Positions 8,161-18,445 of a stretch of 64,000 bases of DNA are shown here, in pieces. The notes beneath the pieces are model-generated. The model saw only the letters and a program-made list of their open reading frames with translations, was not told where the DNA came from and did not search any database. Made by a program: the position numbers and the translations under genes. The DNA is taken from NCBI GenBank assembly GCA_958296195.1, contig OY282455.1, forward strand, positions 3,829,809 through 3,893,808, in the 5' to 3' direction. This DNA is from an uncultured Pseudomonadales bacterium. Lineage in GTDB: Bacteria; Pseudomonadota; Gammaproteobacteria; Pseudomonadales; Azotimanducaceae. The first letter of the stretch is position 1. Every line of letters starts with the position of its first letter.

Positions 8161-10032
8161 TTACCGCAGCCGCGCTTCGATCTCGCCGATAATGGCCGGG
8201 TCATCAATGGTGGAGGGAATGTTTGGGGTTTCTCCGTCCAACAACTGCCGCAGGGCTTGGCGCAGGATTTTGCCGGAGCGGGTCTTCGGCAGCCGCGCCA
8301 CCAGCAGGGCCTGCTTGAAGTTGGCGAAGGGGCCGACTTGAGTGCGCACCAATTGCACCAACTCCGCCTGCAGCGCGGCCTCCCCCAAGTTCACGCCGTC
8401 CTTCAGCACCACCAAGCCAAAGGGAACTTCGCCCTTGTCCGCATCCTGAACGCCGACCACGGCGCATTCCGCCACCGCCGGATGGCTGGCCACCACCTCC
8501 TCCAGCTGACCAGTCGAAAGGCGGTGGCCGGCCACGTTGATCACGTCGTCTATGCGGCCCATGACATAGACATAACCGTCCACGTCCCGATGGCCGCCGT
8601 CCCCGGTAAGGTAAAAGCCTGGATAGCGGGACCAATAGGCATCGACATAGCGCTCATGATCGCGCCAGATGGTGGTGAAGGCGCCCGGCGGCAGCGGCGC
8701 CTTGATGACGATGGCGCCCTGTTCGCCGGGGCCAAGCTCGCACCCGCCTTCGTCCAGAATGCGCAGGTCGTAGCCCGGTGCCGGCACGGTTGGGGAGCCG
8801 GGCTTGGTTTCCATCAGTTCCACCCCGGCGAGGTTGGCGCAGATGGACCAGCCGGTCTCCGTCTGCCACCAATGGTCGATGACGGGAACGCCCAAGTGTT
8901 GCCTAAGCCACTGGTAGGTGGGCGGGTCCAGGCGCTCCCCAGCAACGAATTGGTAGCGCAGGGAGGAGAGCTCGTAGCCCTGCTTCAGGCGGCAGTCCGG
9001 GTCCTCCTTCTTGATGGCGCGGAAGGCGGTGGGCGCGGTGAAGAAGCAGTTGACCCGGTGGTCCTGAATCACTCGCCAAAACGCCCCCGCGTCCGGCGTG
9101 CGCACCGGTTTGCCCTCGAACAGCACGGTGGTGCAGCCACGCAGCAGAGGGCCATAGACGATGTAGGAGTGGCCCACCACCCAGCCCACGTCCGATGCCG
9201 CCCAGAACACGTCCCCGGCAGCGACGCCGTAAATGGCCTGCATGGTCCAGTGCAGCGCCACCGCATGGCCGCCGGTGTCGCGCACTACGCCCTTGGGTTT
9301 GCCGGTGGTGCCGGAGGTGTAGAGGATGTACAGGGGGTCCAGAGCGTCCAGCGGCGTCCACTGCGCCGGCGCCGCAGCCGCCTCCCAGCCCGCCCAGTCC
9401 AAGTCCCGGCCCGGAACCAGCGCCGCTTCGCACTGCGGCCGTTGCAGCACCACGCAGTGGGCCACCGGATGCCGCGCCAAGCGGACCGCCTCGTCAAGCA
9501 ACGGCTTGTAGGGAATGACGGTGGTCACCTCAATGCCGCAGGAGGCGCTCAGGATCACCTTGGGCGCGGCGTCGTCTATGCGGCTGGCCAACTCCGGCGC
9601 GGCGAAGCCGCCGAACACCACGGAGTGGACGGCGCCGATGCGGGCGCAGGCCAGCATGGCGATGACCGCCTCCGGCACCATCGGCATGTAGATGACCACC
9701 CGGTCGCCCTTGCCCACCCCCAGCGCCTTGAGGCCGCCGGCCACCCGCGCTGCCCGGTCCCTAAGCTGCGCATAGCTGTGCCGGGTGACCGTGCCGGTGA
9801 CCGGCGAATCGTAAATCAGCGCGGTTTGCTCTCCCCGCCCCGCTTCGACGTGGCGGTCCAAGGCCAGCCAACAAGTGTTGGTCTTGCCGCCGCGAAACCA
9901 GCGCCAAGCGCCGTTGCCGTCTTGCTCCAAGACGCTGCGGGGAAACTCCAGCCAAGGGATTTCCTCGGCCCGCTCCCGCCAAAACCCTTCCGGGTCCGTC
10001 AGGGAACGCTGGTAAAGGGAGGCGTAGCTCAA
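8161..10032 (-). CDS. prpE: propionate--CoA ligase (acyl-CoA synthetase family)
   Basis: 623 aa. MSYASLYQRSLTDPEGFWRERAEEI...TSGTTGKPKG carries the AMP-binding motif. The apparent start is a TTG at 10032-10030. Confidence 0.85.
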   Translation of the reverse strand: MSYASLYQRSLTDPEGFWRERAEEIPWLEFPRSVLEQDGNGAWRWFRGGKTNTCWLALDRHVEAGRGEQTALIYDSPVTGTVTRHSYAQLRDRAARVAGGLKALGVGKGDRVVIYMPMVPEAVIAMLACARIGAVHSVVFGGFAAPELASRIDDAAPKVILSASCGIEVTTVIPYKPLLDEAVRLARHPVAHCVVLQRPQCEAALVPGRDLDWAGWEAAAAPAQWTPLDALDPLYILYTSGTTGKPKGVVRDTGGHAVALHWTMQAIYGVAAGDVFWAASDVGWVVGHSYIVYGPLLRGCTTVLFEGKPVRTPDAGAFWRVIQDHRVNCFFTAPTAFRAIKKEDPDCRLKQGYELSSLRYQFVAGERLDPPTYQWLRQHLGVPVIDHWWQTETGWSICANLAGVELMETKPGSPTVPAPGYDLRILDEGGCELGPGEQGAIVIKAPLPPGAFTTIWRDHERYVDAYWSRYPGFYLTGDGGHRDVDGYVYVMGRIDDVINVAGHRLSTGQLEEVVASHPAVAECAVVGVQDADKGEVPFGLVVLKDGVNLGEAALQAELVQLVRTQVGPFANFKQALLVARLPKTRSGKILRQALRQLLDGETPNIPSTIDDPAIIGEIEARLR

Positions 10033-10087
10033 CGCTTGCGGTTCCTGAGCGCGGCGAACGGCCGCGCTGCGGCGTCCTCAATTTGCA

Positions 10088-10570
10088 TCAGCCGAATAGC
10101 CTAAGCCCCACCATGGCGGCAAGAAGGCCAGCGCCCATTAGCCACAGATGCCAATAGATCCGTCCAATTTCGCGCCCGACCTTCCCTGTCAAGCTGGCCA
10201 CCTCCGCCTTGATCGCACCACGGAAGTCGGCCACCTCCGCCATGATTTCACCCCGGAAGTCGGCCACCTCAGCCGTGATTGCACCCCGGAATTCAGCCAT
10301 CTCAGCCTTGATTTCACCCCGGAATTCAGCCATCTCAGCTCTGACTTCGCCGCGGAAATCAGCCACTTCGACCCTGATCTCCGCAACTTCGCTTCTCAGT
10401 TGGGCGACGTCCCCTCTAACATCGGCGATCTCGCCCTTCACTTCCGCAATGTCGGCTTTCGTCGCCAAGGTTTCAATGGCGGGAACCGCCTGTGCGGCGG
10501 CCATCGCCTTGTCCTCGTCGGCGCCGACGTCCTTGAACGCTTCGTAAACTTCCTTGACCATGACGTTCAT
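10088..10570 (-). CDS. DUF1640-like coiled-coil protein with a C-terminal transmembrane helix
   Basis: 160 aa. It has tandem 11-residue units (AEMAEFRGEIK, AEVADFRGAIT...) and ends IYWHLWLMGAGLLAAMVGLRLFG. Confidence 0.7.
   Translation of the reverse strand: MNVMVKEVYEAFKDVGADEDKAMAAAQAVPAIETLATKADIAEVKGEIADVRGDVAQLRSEVAEIRVEVADFRGEVRAEMAEFRGEIKAEMAEFRGAITAEVADFRGEIMAEVADFRGAIKAEVASLTGKVGREIGRIYWHLWLMGAGLLAAMVGLRLFG
10197..10394. repeat. Six tandem 33-bp units (plus degenerate units to about 10460) inside the coiled-coil gene
   Basis: I counted units at 10197, 10230, 10263, 10296, 10329 and 10362. Each encodes one 11-aa repeat. Confidence 0.9.
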
Positions 10571-10739
10571 TGTCGTTTCCCCTTTGCAAGGTGGCTAATG
10601 TTGCAAGCCATTGTTCAGGGGATTTTTCGAAGCCTCCAGCAGCTTAGGCTGAAGATTGTGTCAGTTTTCCGCCGCCAACGCCAACGGGCGGGGTCGCACG
10701 GAAGCGCCGCCCAACGCCAATGGACCTTCAGCCAATCTC

Positions 10740-12524
10740 TCAAGCCGCCGGCAGGGTTCGTCCTTCGAGTTGCAGACGGGAGAAGCGGGCGTAAAGGTCG
10801 TTGCTGCGAATCAGGGCGTCATGCCCTCCTTCTGCGACCAGGACGCCGCTGTCGAGCACCAGTATGCGATCTGCTTGGCGCACGGTGGACAGCCGATGGG
10901 CGATCACCAGAATGCTGCAGCGGCCCTTGATTTCGTTGATGCTCCTGCGAATGGCGTGTTCGCTCTCCGCGTCCAGAGCACTGGTGGCTTCATCGAGCAG
11001 CAGCAGGGCCGGGTCGGTCAGCAGCGCCCGGGCGATGGCTAGACGCTGCTTCTGCCCCCCGGAGAGGCCAACGCCCCCCTCCCCCACCAAGGTTTCCAAA
11101 CCCTTCGGCAAGGCGTGTACAAAGGTCTCGGCGTGGGCCAGCCTTAGAGCGTTGTCCAGCTGTTCGGCGGTGGCGCCGGGGTTTCCGTAAAGCACGTTCG
11201 ACCTGAGCGCACCGGAAAAGAGCACCGGGTCTTGGGGCACGAAGCCGATGCGCTCGCGCACGTCGCTGCGTCGCAAGGTGCGCAGCCCACATTCGTTAAG
11301 GCTAATGGCGCCGCCGCTCGGATCGTAAAAGCGCTGAATCAGGTCGAAAAGCGTGCTCTTGCCGGCGCCGGAGGGGCCCACCAAGGCGACCATCTCGCCA
11401 GGGCGCACTTGGAAACTGACGCCATTGAGCACCAAGACTTCAGGTCGGGACGGATAGGCGAAGGACAGATCGCGTACGCTTAGGGTGAGGCCGCCGCTCT
11501 TGGACAACTCCGCCGGCTTGGCCGGCTCCGGCAAACCGTCCGCGGCACCGAGCAGCTCCACCAGCCGCTCCGTTGCGCCGGCCGCCCGCTGCAGGTCGCT
11601 GTACACCTCGCTGATGGCGCCCAAGGCACCGGCGACTATGAAGGCGTAGAAAATGAAGGCCGCCAGCTCCCCGGCGGAGGTGCGGCCGGCGATCACGTCC
11701 TGACCGCCGATCCACAGCATGACGCCGATGGCCGCCATCACCACCAGCATCACCAAGGCGATCAAAAAAGTGCGCTGCCTGATGCGGCTGACCGCCACGC
11801 CGAAAGCGGCGCCCACGCGGTCGGTGAACTCGAACTCGTCCCGAGCTTCGTGGTTGAAAGACTGCACGATCTTCACGTGCCGCAGCGACTCCCCGGCATG
11901 GGTGCCCACATCCGCCAGCCGATCCTGGCTGCTGCGCGACAGGCGCCGCACCCGGCGGCCAAGGAATAGGATGGGCGCGATCACCAAGGGTGCGCTGACC
12001 AGCACCACCAGGGTCAACTTCGGGTTGGTCAGCACCAGCAAAACCACGCCGCCGATGAACATCAGCGCGTTCCTGAGCGCGATGGAGGCGGACGATCCAA
12101 TCACCGTTTGCAGCAAGGTCGTGTCCGTGGTGATGCGGCTCTGGATCTCGGTGGGCCGGTTTTCCTCAAAAAAGGCCGGATGCAGCCGAATGAGGTGCTT
12201 GAACACGGCCAGTCGAATGTCCGCGCTGACCCGCTCGCCGATCCAGGACACCAAGTAAAAGCGCAGCATGGTGCCCACCGTGAGGCAAACGACCAGCAGG
12301 GCGAAAATGATGATGGTGCGCTCCAGCAGAGCGCCCGACTCCTCGGAAAGCCCCTGATCGATCACCAAGCGCAGGCCTTGGCCGATGGACAGCGTAATGG
12401 CGGCGGTGGCCACCAAGGCGACGCCGGCGAACGCAACTTGCTTGAGGTACGGCCGCAGGAAGAGGATCGCCGGCAGCAGTTTGGTTAGTTCCCGCGACGC
12501 CTCGCGGTTGTAGCCATCGTCCAT
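10740..12524 (-). CDS. ABC transporter, fused permease/ATP-binding protein (type I exporter, MsbA/ATM1-like)
   Basis: 594 aa. It has an N-terminal six-TM domain, Walker A GPSGAGKST, signature LSGGQKQR and Walker B LLLDEATS. Confidence 0.85.
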   Translation of the reverse strand: MDDGYNREASRELTKLLPAILFLRPYLKQVAFAGVALVATAAITLSIGQGLRLVIDQGLSEESGALLERTIIIFALLVVCLTVGTMLRFYLVSWIGERVSADIRLAVFKHLIRLHPAFFEENRPTEIQSRITTDTTLLQTVIGSSASIALRNALMFIGGVVLLVLTNPKLTLVVLVSAPLVIAPILFLGRRVRRLSRSSQDRLADVGTHAGESLRHVKIVQSFNHEARDEFEFTDRVGAAFGVAVSRIRQRTFLIALVMLVVMAAIGVMLWIGGQDVIAGRTSAGELAAFIFYAFIVAGALGAISEVYSDLQRAAGATERLVELLGAADGLPEPAKPAELSKSGGLTLSVRDLSFAYPSRPEVLVLNGVSFQVRPGEMVALVGPSGAGKSTLFDLIQRFYDPSGGAISLNECGLRTLRRSDVRERIGFVPQDPVLFSGALRSNVLYGNPGATAEQLDNALRLAHAETFVHALPKGLETLVGEGGVGLSGGQKQRLAIARALLTDPALLLLDEATSALDAESEHAIRRSINEIKGRCSILVIAHRLSTVRQADRILVLDSGVLVAEGGHDALIRSNDLYARFSRLQLEGRTLPAA

Positions 12525-12774
12525 GGGCGCATTATGTTAGTGCAAAGCCGTAATGTCCCCTCATCTGCAGTTTCAAAGCGTCCCTGCGGCCGGGGCGGTT
12601 GAAAATCCACAAAGCCAACCGCATTTACAATTTCCAAAGACGGAATCCTGCCTCCTGCAAACCCGGACAGGTCCAAGCGCTCCAAAAGGCGTGGCACGTC
12701 AATGCAGCGGCGCCAATAGGGGTAACATGTGGTGCAAGCAGACGTTTCCTAGTTTCGGGCAACCAAACACGATC

Positions 12775-13440
12775 ATGAGTCTTGAGTACGTTACCGTGGA
12801 GACTGGGGAAACCCCAGTCGGTTGCGTGGTCTGGCTGCACGGCCTAGGCGCGGACGCTCATGACTTCGAACCGATCATTCCGATGCTGAAGCTGGAGACA
12901 CCCCTGCGCTTCGTCTTTCCCAACGCGCCCATGCGCTCTGTGGCCATCAACAACGGCATGGAAATGCGCGCCTGGTACGACGTCGATTCCAATTCGCCGC
13001 TGGCGAGCGACGCCGACATCAGGGCATCGGTCGCCTCTGTCGCGGAAATCATCGGCAACCAGGATCTGGTCCGCGCCGCAGCAAACCGGATCGTGTTGGC
13101 CGGCTTCAGCCAAGGCGGCGTCATCGCCTTGGAGTTGGGCCTCTCCCATCAGCAGCGGTTGGGCGGCATCATGGCCCTGTCAACCTACATCCACGATCAT
13201 GAGCGCCTTGCTGAGCGCATTGGCCTAGCCAACGTGGAAACCCCCATCTTCATGGCCCACGGCCTGCTGGATCCGCTCATTCCCGTCACTCGCGGGGCCA
13301 CGGCCCGCGCAGCATTGCGCAGCCTGAACTATGCAGTGGAGTGGCGGGAGTACAGCATGGGGCACCAAGTTTGCCCGGAGGAAGTCATCGACATCGGCAA
13401 CTGGCTGAACGCCATTTTCGCATCAGGCCAAGGAACCTGA
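12775..13440 (+). CDS. alpha/beta hydrolase, carboxylesterase/phospholipase family
   Basis: VVWLHGLGADAHDF and the GFSQGG nucleophile elbow. The internal ATG at 12775 (MSLEYVTVE) was chosen. Confidence 0.8.
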   Translation: MSLEYVTVETGETPVGCVVWLHGLGADAHDFEPIIPMLKLETPLRFVFPNAPMRSVAINNGMEMRAWYDVDSNSPLASDADIRASVASVAEIIGNQDLVRAAANRIVLAGFSQGGVIALELGLSHQQRLGGIMALSTYIHDHERLAERIGLANVETPIFMAHGLLDPLIPVTRGATARAALRSLNYAVEWREYSMGHQVCPEEVIDIGNWLNAIFASGQGT

Positions 13441-13445
13441 ATCCA

Positions 13446-13466
13446 CCGCCCCGGCGGATGGGGCGG
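13446..13466. terminator. GC hairpin between the esterase gene and tRNA-Val, a possible terminator
   Basis: CCGCCCC-ggcggat-GGGGCGG forms a 7-bp stem. No clear U-tract follows. Confidence 0.3.
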
Positions 13467-13497
13467 AGCGGAAACTGCCGAGGGCGCAAGAGGCGAT

Positions 13498-13574
<77 letters not shown>

Positions 13575-13650
13575 GCCGCAAACCCGCTTCCCGCTGCCGG
13601 GGCATGATACAAAACCGAACTCCAGAAGGGCAATCTCTGCTTCCCGGCGC

Positions 13651-15696
13651 CTATTCCGCCTCCCCGGTGGCGGGGCGGAACCAAATTGGGGAAGTCCAAG
13701 CCATCTCCACCGTGGTTTCCGGCAGGGCACCAGCAGTGCAAATAGCCGGCCGCTCCGCCTCTGCAATGCGTTGGCAGTCATGGGCGCTCCAGCGCAAGGT
13801 CGGCATCTGCACCGCACGCAAATAATAGTAGGCGGATTGATCGGCTTGGAAAGCCTCATCCCGGACCACGGCACATAATGAATCAGACCCGGCTGCGGCG
13901 GCAGCGGAGCCGGCGACGGTGCGCACCTCGTTGCGCATGGCCCCCTCCCCGTCAATCCAACCCTTGATGAGCTGCAACTGCTGCAAGGGCGCGGCGCTTG
14001 CCGCGGCGTCCCGAGCAGCCAGGGCGATGAAGGCCGGCTTGGCGTCCGCGCTAGGGGCTGCGCCAAGGTCGCCGCCCATGGGCACACCGCCGGCGTACCC
14101 CTGCTCCACCAAGGATTCGCTGGCGCAAAGATCCTCGGCAAAGCCCCAACCGGCGAAGAAGCGCGGGGCGATGCGCGGCCCGGAGGTACCGAACACCTCG
14201 CGGCGCTGCATGGCCTCAAAGATGGCGTCCCGGGAGTTCTCCACCGCCCAAACCCCGGCCAAGCCGCCGGGGTTGCCTTCCGGGCCGGAGGTCAACACCC
14301 CAGGCTGCAGGCGCTCCACGGGACTGGCCTCCCCAGTGACGTGGCCCCGGTAGTCGTCCTCCAAAACCGCGCCGGGCGTCGCCGCATGGGTGTCCGTAGC
14401 GGCGACGATGCCGAGCTTGATGGGGTTGAGGCCGATGTCCCGCTCTTCCTTTAGGCCCACCAGCAAGGCGGAGCGCACGAAGTCCGTCTCATCCACGCAG
14501 CCGGCGCCCAACATGCCCTGCTCGCCGACCGCGTCACCGCACTCCTCGGTCATGATGGTGCTGGCGCTGGGCGCCAAATTGCCCGTGACCGCGTCTATGT
14601 CGATGTAGTGCTCCATCCGCCCGAGCTGCCGCACCGCCTCCACAGCGCAAAGCTCATCCGGTGCTCCCAACACTGCCCCAAGGCCGTTGATGCACTCCGA
14701 GGCGCCCTTGTGCTGGAAGATTTCGATGATCGGCTCCCGCTTCAGGCGGGTGGCGGCGTAGCCTTGCCGCCCCTCCGCCGTCTGCGCAACGCCGCCGTAG
14801 GGGGCCATGCGCCCGTTGGACAGGTTGGTGTTGTGGGGAATGGTCAGGTAGTCGCAGCCTTCCTGCTCCGAACAGACGGCATCCAGGGCGGCCCAAAGCC
14901 GACTGTCGGTGGGCGCTTCAAAATAGGAGACCGGCAGGTCAGGCACCTTGGCGTTGCGGAAGATGACGTTGCGGTGGTAGTTGGAGGTGCCCGGCGTACC
15001 CGTGTACTCATAGCCGACGAAGCTGGTGAAGGTGCATTGCTCACTGCGGTCGTAAGCGGCCTCGGCGGCTTCCACTATCCGCCGCCAAGGCGCGGCGGCC
15101 GCCTGCGGGCAGAGGGCGCCGTCCTCCCCGCAAAGGGTTTCGATGCGCACCGGCGCCTCCGCGTTGATGGACTGGGCGAACATCACCATCCCCTGCCGTT
15201 GATCCATTCGATAACCGGCGCAGAATTCCGTGTCGTAGCTGGCGGCCCCTGGGGAGCGGCATAACGCCCGCTCGCCGAGAAACTCGCCGTGGTCGGTGAC
15301 CGCCAGGAAGTCCAAGGGCCGGTCGATGCTGAACTCCCCGGCCGGCTTGCCCTCCTCATCCAAGGGCCAAAAAGGGATGGGTTGCCCCTTGGCGAAGCGA
15401 TGCGCATCCTCCGGGGTGGCGCCCGTGGTGTTGGCGGCGGCGTCAAACGAATAGCTCGTGTGGACATGCACATCGCCGAACAACGGCTTGCGCAAGGGCC
15501 TGTAGTCCAAGCAAGGCGCCCGCTCCTCGGTGTAGTGCACCAAGCGCTCCTCGGATTGTGCGTCCGCAACCGCTGCTCGCTGCGTAGGAGAATCCTCCTT
15601 CGTTGCCGCCGAACCAGCCCCTTCCTGACCACAGCCATTGGCCAACAACAGCGCAAGGCAAAAAGCCGCTCCCAAATGAATGGCCCGCATTGTCAT
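13651..15696 (-). CDS. DUF3604-family protein (PHP-like metal-binding motif), secreted or lipoprotein
   Basis: FGDVHVHTSYSFDA is typical of DUF3604. The signal/lipobox is LALLLANGCG. The start was set at MTMRAIH. Confidence 0.7.
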   Translation of the reverse strand: MTMRAIHLGAAFCLALLLANGCGQEGAGSAATKEDSPTQRAAVADAQSEERLVHYTEERAPCLDYRPLRKPLFGDVHVHTSYSFDAAANTTGATPEDAHRFAKGQPIPFWPLDEEGKPAGEFSIDRPLDFLAVTDHGEFLGERALCRSPGAASYDTEFCAGYRMDQRQGMVMFAQSINAEAPVRIETLCGEDGALCPQAAAAPWRRIVEAAEAAYDRSEQCTFTSFVGYEYTGTPGTSNYHRNVIFRNAKVPDLPVSYFEAPTDSRLWAALDAVCSEQEGCDYLTIPHNTNLSNGRMAPYGGVAQTAEGRQGYAATRLKREPIIEIFQHKGASECINGLGAVLGAPDELCAVEAVRQLGRMEHYIDIDAVTGNLAPSASTIMTEECGDAVGEQGMLGAGCVDETDFVRSALLVGLKEERDIGLNPIKLGIVAATDTHAATPGAVLEDDYRGHVTGEASPVERLQPGVLTSGPEGNPGGLAGVWAVENSRDAIFEAMQRREVFGTSGPRIAPRFFAGWGFAEDLCASESLVEQGYAGGVPMGGDLGAAPSADAKPAFIALAARDAAASAAPLQQLQLIKGWIDGEGAMRNEVRTVAGSAAAAAGSDSLCAVVRDEAFQADQSAYYYLRAVQMPTLRWSAHDCQRIAEAERPAICTAGALPETTVEMAWTSPIWFRPATGEAE

Positions 15697-16082
15697 CCCC
15701 CAATTGCAACAGGCGGCCATCCTATCATGTTGGCAACGCCCAAAGGTCGCCCCGCGGCAAGGCCCCTCGTATTATTATGGATGTCTGCGCAAACAAAGCC
15801 CTTGCCATTGGCATGGCGGCAAGAGCGAGGTTTGCGCAGCTTGGGAGAGAATTCGTTTGAGCTTGACCCGCTATGTAAGTAGAATACCGCGCCTCGCCGC
15901 ATCGGGCCGGAAAAGGCGCAGGCGGCGGGAGATAGCTGCTATCATTGCCCGTGACGCGGTGAATGCCCATTCGTCGGCCTAGCGGTGCCGGCATTCACGG
16001 CAGAGGACGGCAAGGCTCTTGATGGGCGGGGGTCTTGCAAAACCGCAGGTTTTAGCCCGGAGGGCACCTATGGAGAGCACTC

Positions 16083-16619
16083 ATCAAAAAGAGCGGTAGG
16101 CGCACCGAGCGCACCCTTCTGAACGAGGACATCACCGCCCCGACTGTCCGGTTGATCGCTTCCAGTGGGCAGCAGGTGGGCATTGTCTCCCGCAATGACG
16201 CCCTCGGCGAGGCCAGCCGCTCCGGATTGGACTTGGTGTTGATCGCCCCGGACGCAGCGCCGCCGGTCGTGAAGATCATGGACTACGGCAAGCACCTGTT
16301 CGAGATCAAGAAGACCAGGGCGGCGCAGCGCAGGAAGCAAAAGCAGACCCACGTCAAGGAGATCAAGTTCCGGCCCGGCACCGAAGAGGGGGACTATCAG
16401 ATCAAGCTGCGCAACCTGATTCGCTTCCTTAGCGATGGGGATAAAGCCAAGGTTTCGCTGCGGTTCCGAGGCCGTGAAATGGTGCATCCCGAAATCGGCA
16501 TGGAACTGATGTCCCGCGTTGAAGGCGATTTGGCTGACTACGGGTCGATGGAGGCCGAACCAAAGTTTGAAGGCCGTCAAGTGGTGATGGTCTTGGCGCC
16601 CAAGAAGCGCAAGAAATAG
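16083..16619 (+). CDS. infC: translation initiation factor IF-3, probable non-AUG (AUC) start
   Basis: ...[35 protein letters not shown]...[15 protein letters not shown]. The frame is open back to the stop at 16053. The IF-3-like N-terminus [24 protein letters not shown] begins at ATC 16083. Confidence 0.8.
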   Translation: MKKSGRRTERTLLNEDITAPTVRLIASSGQQVGIVSRNDALGEASRSGLDLVLIAPDAAPPVVKIMDYGKHLFEIKKTRAAQRRKQKQTHVKEIKFRPGTEEGDYQIKLRNLIRFLSDGDKAKVSLRFRGREMVHPEIGMELMSRVEGDLADYGSMEAEPKFEGRQVVMVLAPKKRKK

Positions 16620-16728
16620 AGCGTCCTGCCGCGGCCTTGGGCATGACCTTGGCCAGTGCGCGTTCGTATTTTGGAAACCAAAGCCACCCGACGCAATCAG
16701 GGTGCATGGCAAGCAGATGGAGTGGGTA

Positions 16729-16929
16729 ATGCCCAAACAAAAGACCAACCGAGGCGCCGCAAAGCGATTTCGCCGCACGGCGACCGGCTTTAAGCATCGG
16801 CGCTCGCAGCGAAACCACATCCTCACCAAGAAGTCGCAAAAGCGCAAACGGCAGTTGCGCGGCCTCGAGCGGGTGTCCCGGGCGGACGTTCCCGGCCTTA
16901 AGCGCCTCACGCCGAAGAAGGCCCGCTAG
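16729..16929 (+). CDS. rpmI: 50S ribosomal protein L35
   Basis: [36 protein letters not shown]. Confidence 0.9.
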   Translation: MPKQKTNRGAAKRFRRTATGFKHRRSQRNHILTKKSQKRKRQLRGLERVSRADVPGLKRLTPKKAR

Positions 16930-16982
16930 GGCAACTAGACCAAGCAGCCCAGACAAAACCAAGACGAAGGAGGAAGCAGGCA

Positions 16983-17342
16983 ATGCCCAGAGCGAAGCGC
17001 AGCGTGGCCTCCCGCGCCCGCCGCAAGAAGATCCTGAAGCAGGCCAAGGGTTATTACGGCGCCCGCAGCCGTTCGTTCAAGGTGGCCAAGCAGGCGGTCA
17101 TTCGAGCCGGGCAATACGCCTATCGGGACCGCCGCCAGCGCAAGCGCCAATTCCGTTCCCTGTGGATCTTGCGCATCAACGCCGCCGCCCGCCAGCACGG
17201 TCTGTCCTACAGCCGCTTGATCAACGGCCTGAAGCGGGCGCAAATCGACATGGACCGCCGGGTTCTGGCCGACCTCGCCATGCACGAACAAGAGGCTTTC
17301 GGCACCTTGGCGGAGAAAGCCAAGGCGGCGCTCGCCGCCTGA
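16983..17342 (+). CDS. rplT: 50S ribosomal protein L20
   Basis: [30 protein letters not shown]. Confidence 0.95.
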   Translation: MPRAKRSVASRARRKKILKQAKGYYGARSRSFKVAKQAVIRAGQYAYRDRRQRKRQFRSLWILRINAAARQHGLSYSRLINGLKRAQIDMDRRVLADLAMHEQEAFGTLAEKAKAALAA

Positions 17343-17360
17343 ATGCGGCCCGCCGTCTAA

Positions 17361-18419
<1,059 letters not shown>

Positions 18420-18445
18420 CCGGCCGGGCGGCGCTTGGAGCGAAA

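Noticed and set aside
8257-10104. A 615-aa plus-strand ORF
   Set aside because: It is the antisense shadow of prpE. It has no motifs and a low-complexity R/A/G/H composition.
10197-10394. A possible CRISPR array, because of regularly spaced ~33-bp units
   Set aside because: The units are directly adjacent with no spacers, they are in frame inside a coding gene, and they encode an amino-acid repeat. No cas genes are nearby. I see no CRISPR array anywhere in the window.
16068-16910. 280-aa and 184-aa minus-strand ORFs across infC and rpmI
   Set aside because: They are antisense to strongly conserved IF-3 and L35 coding sequence.
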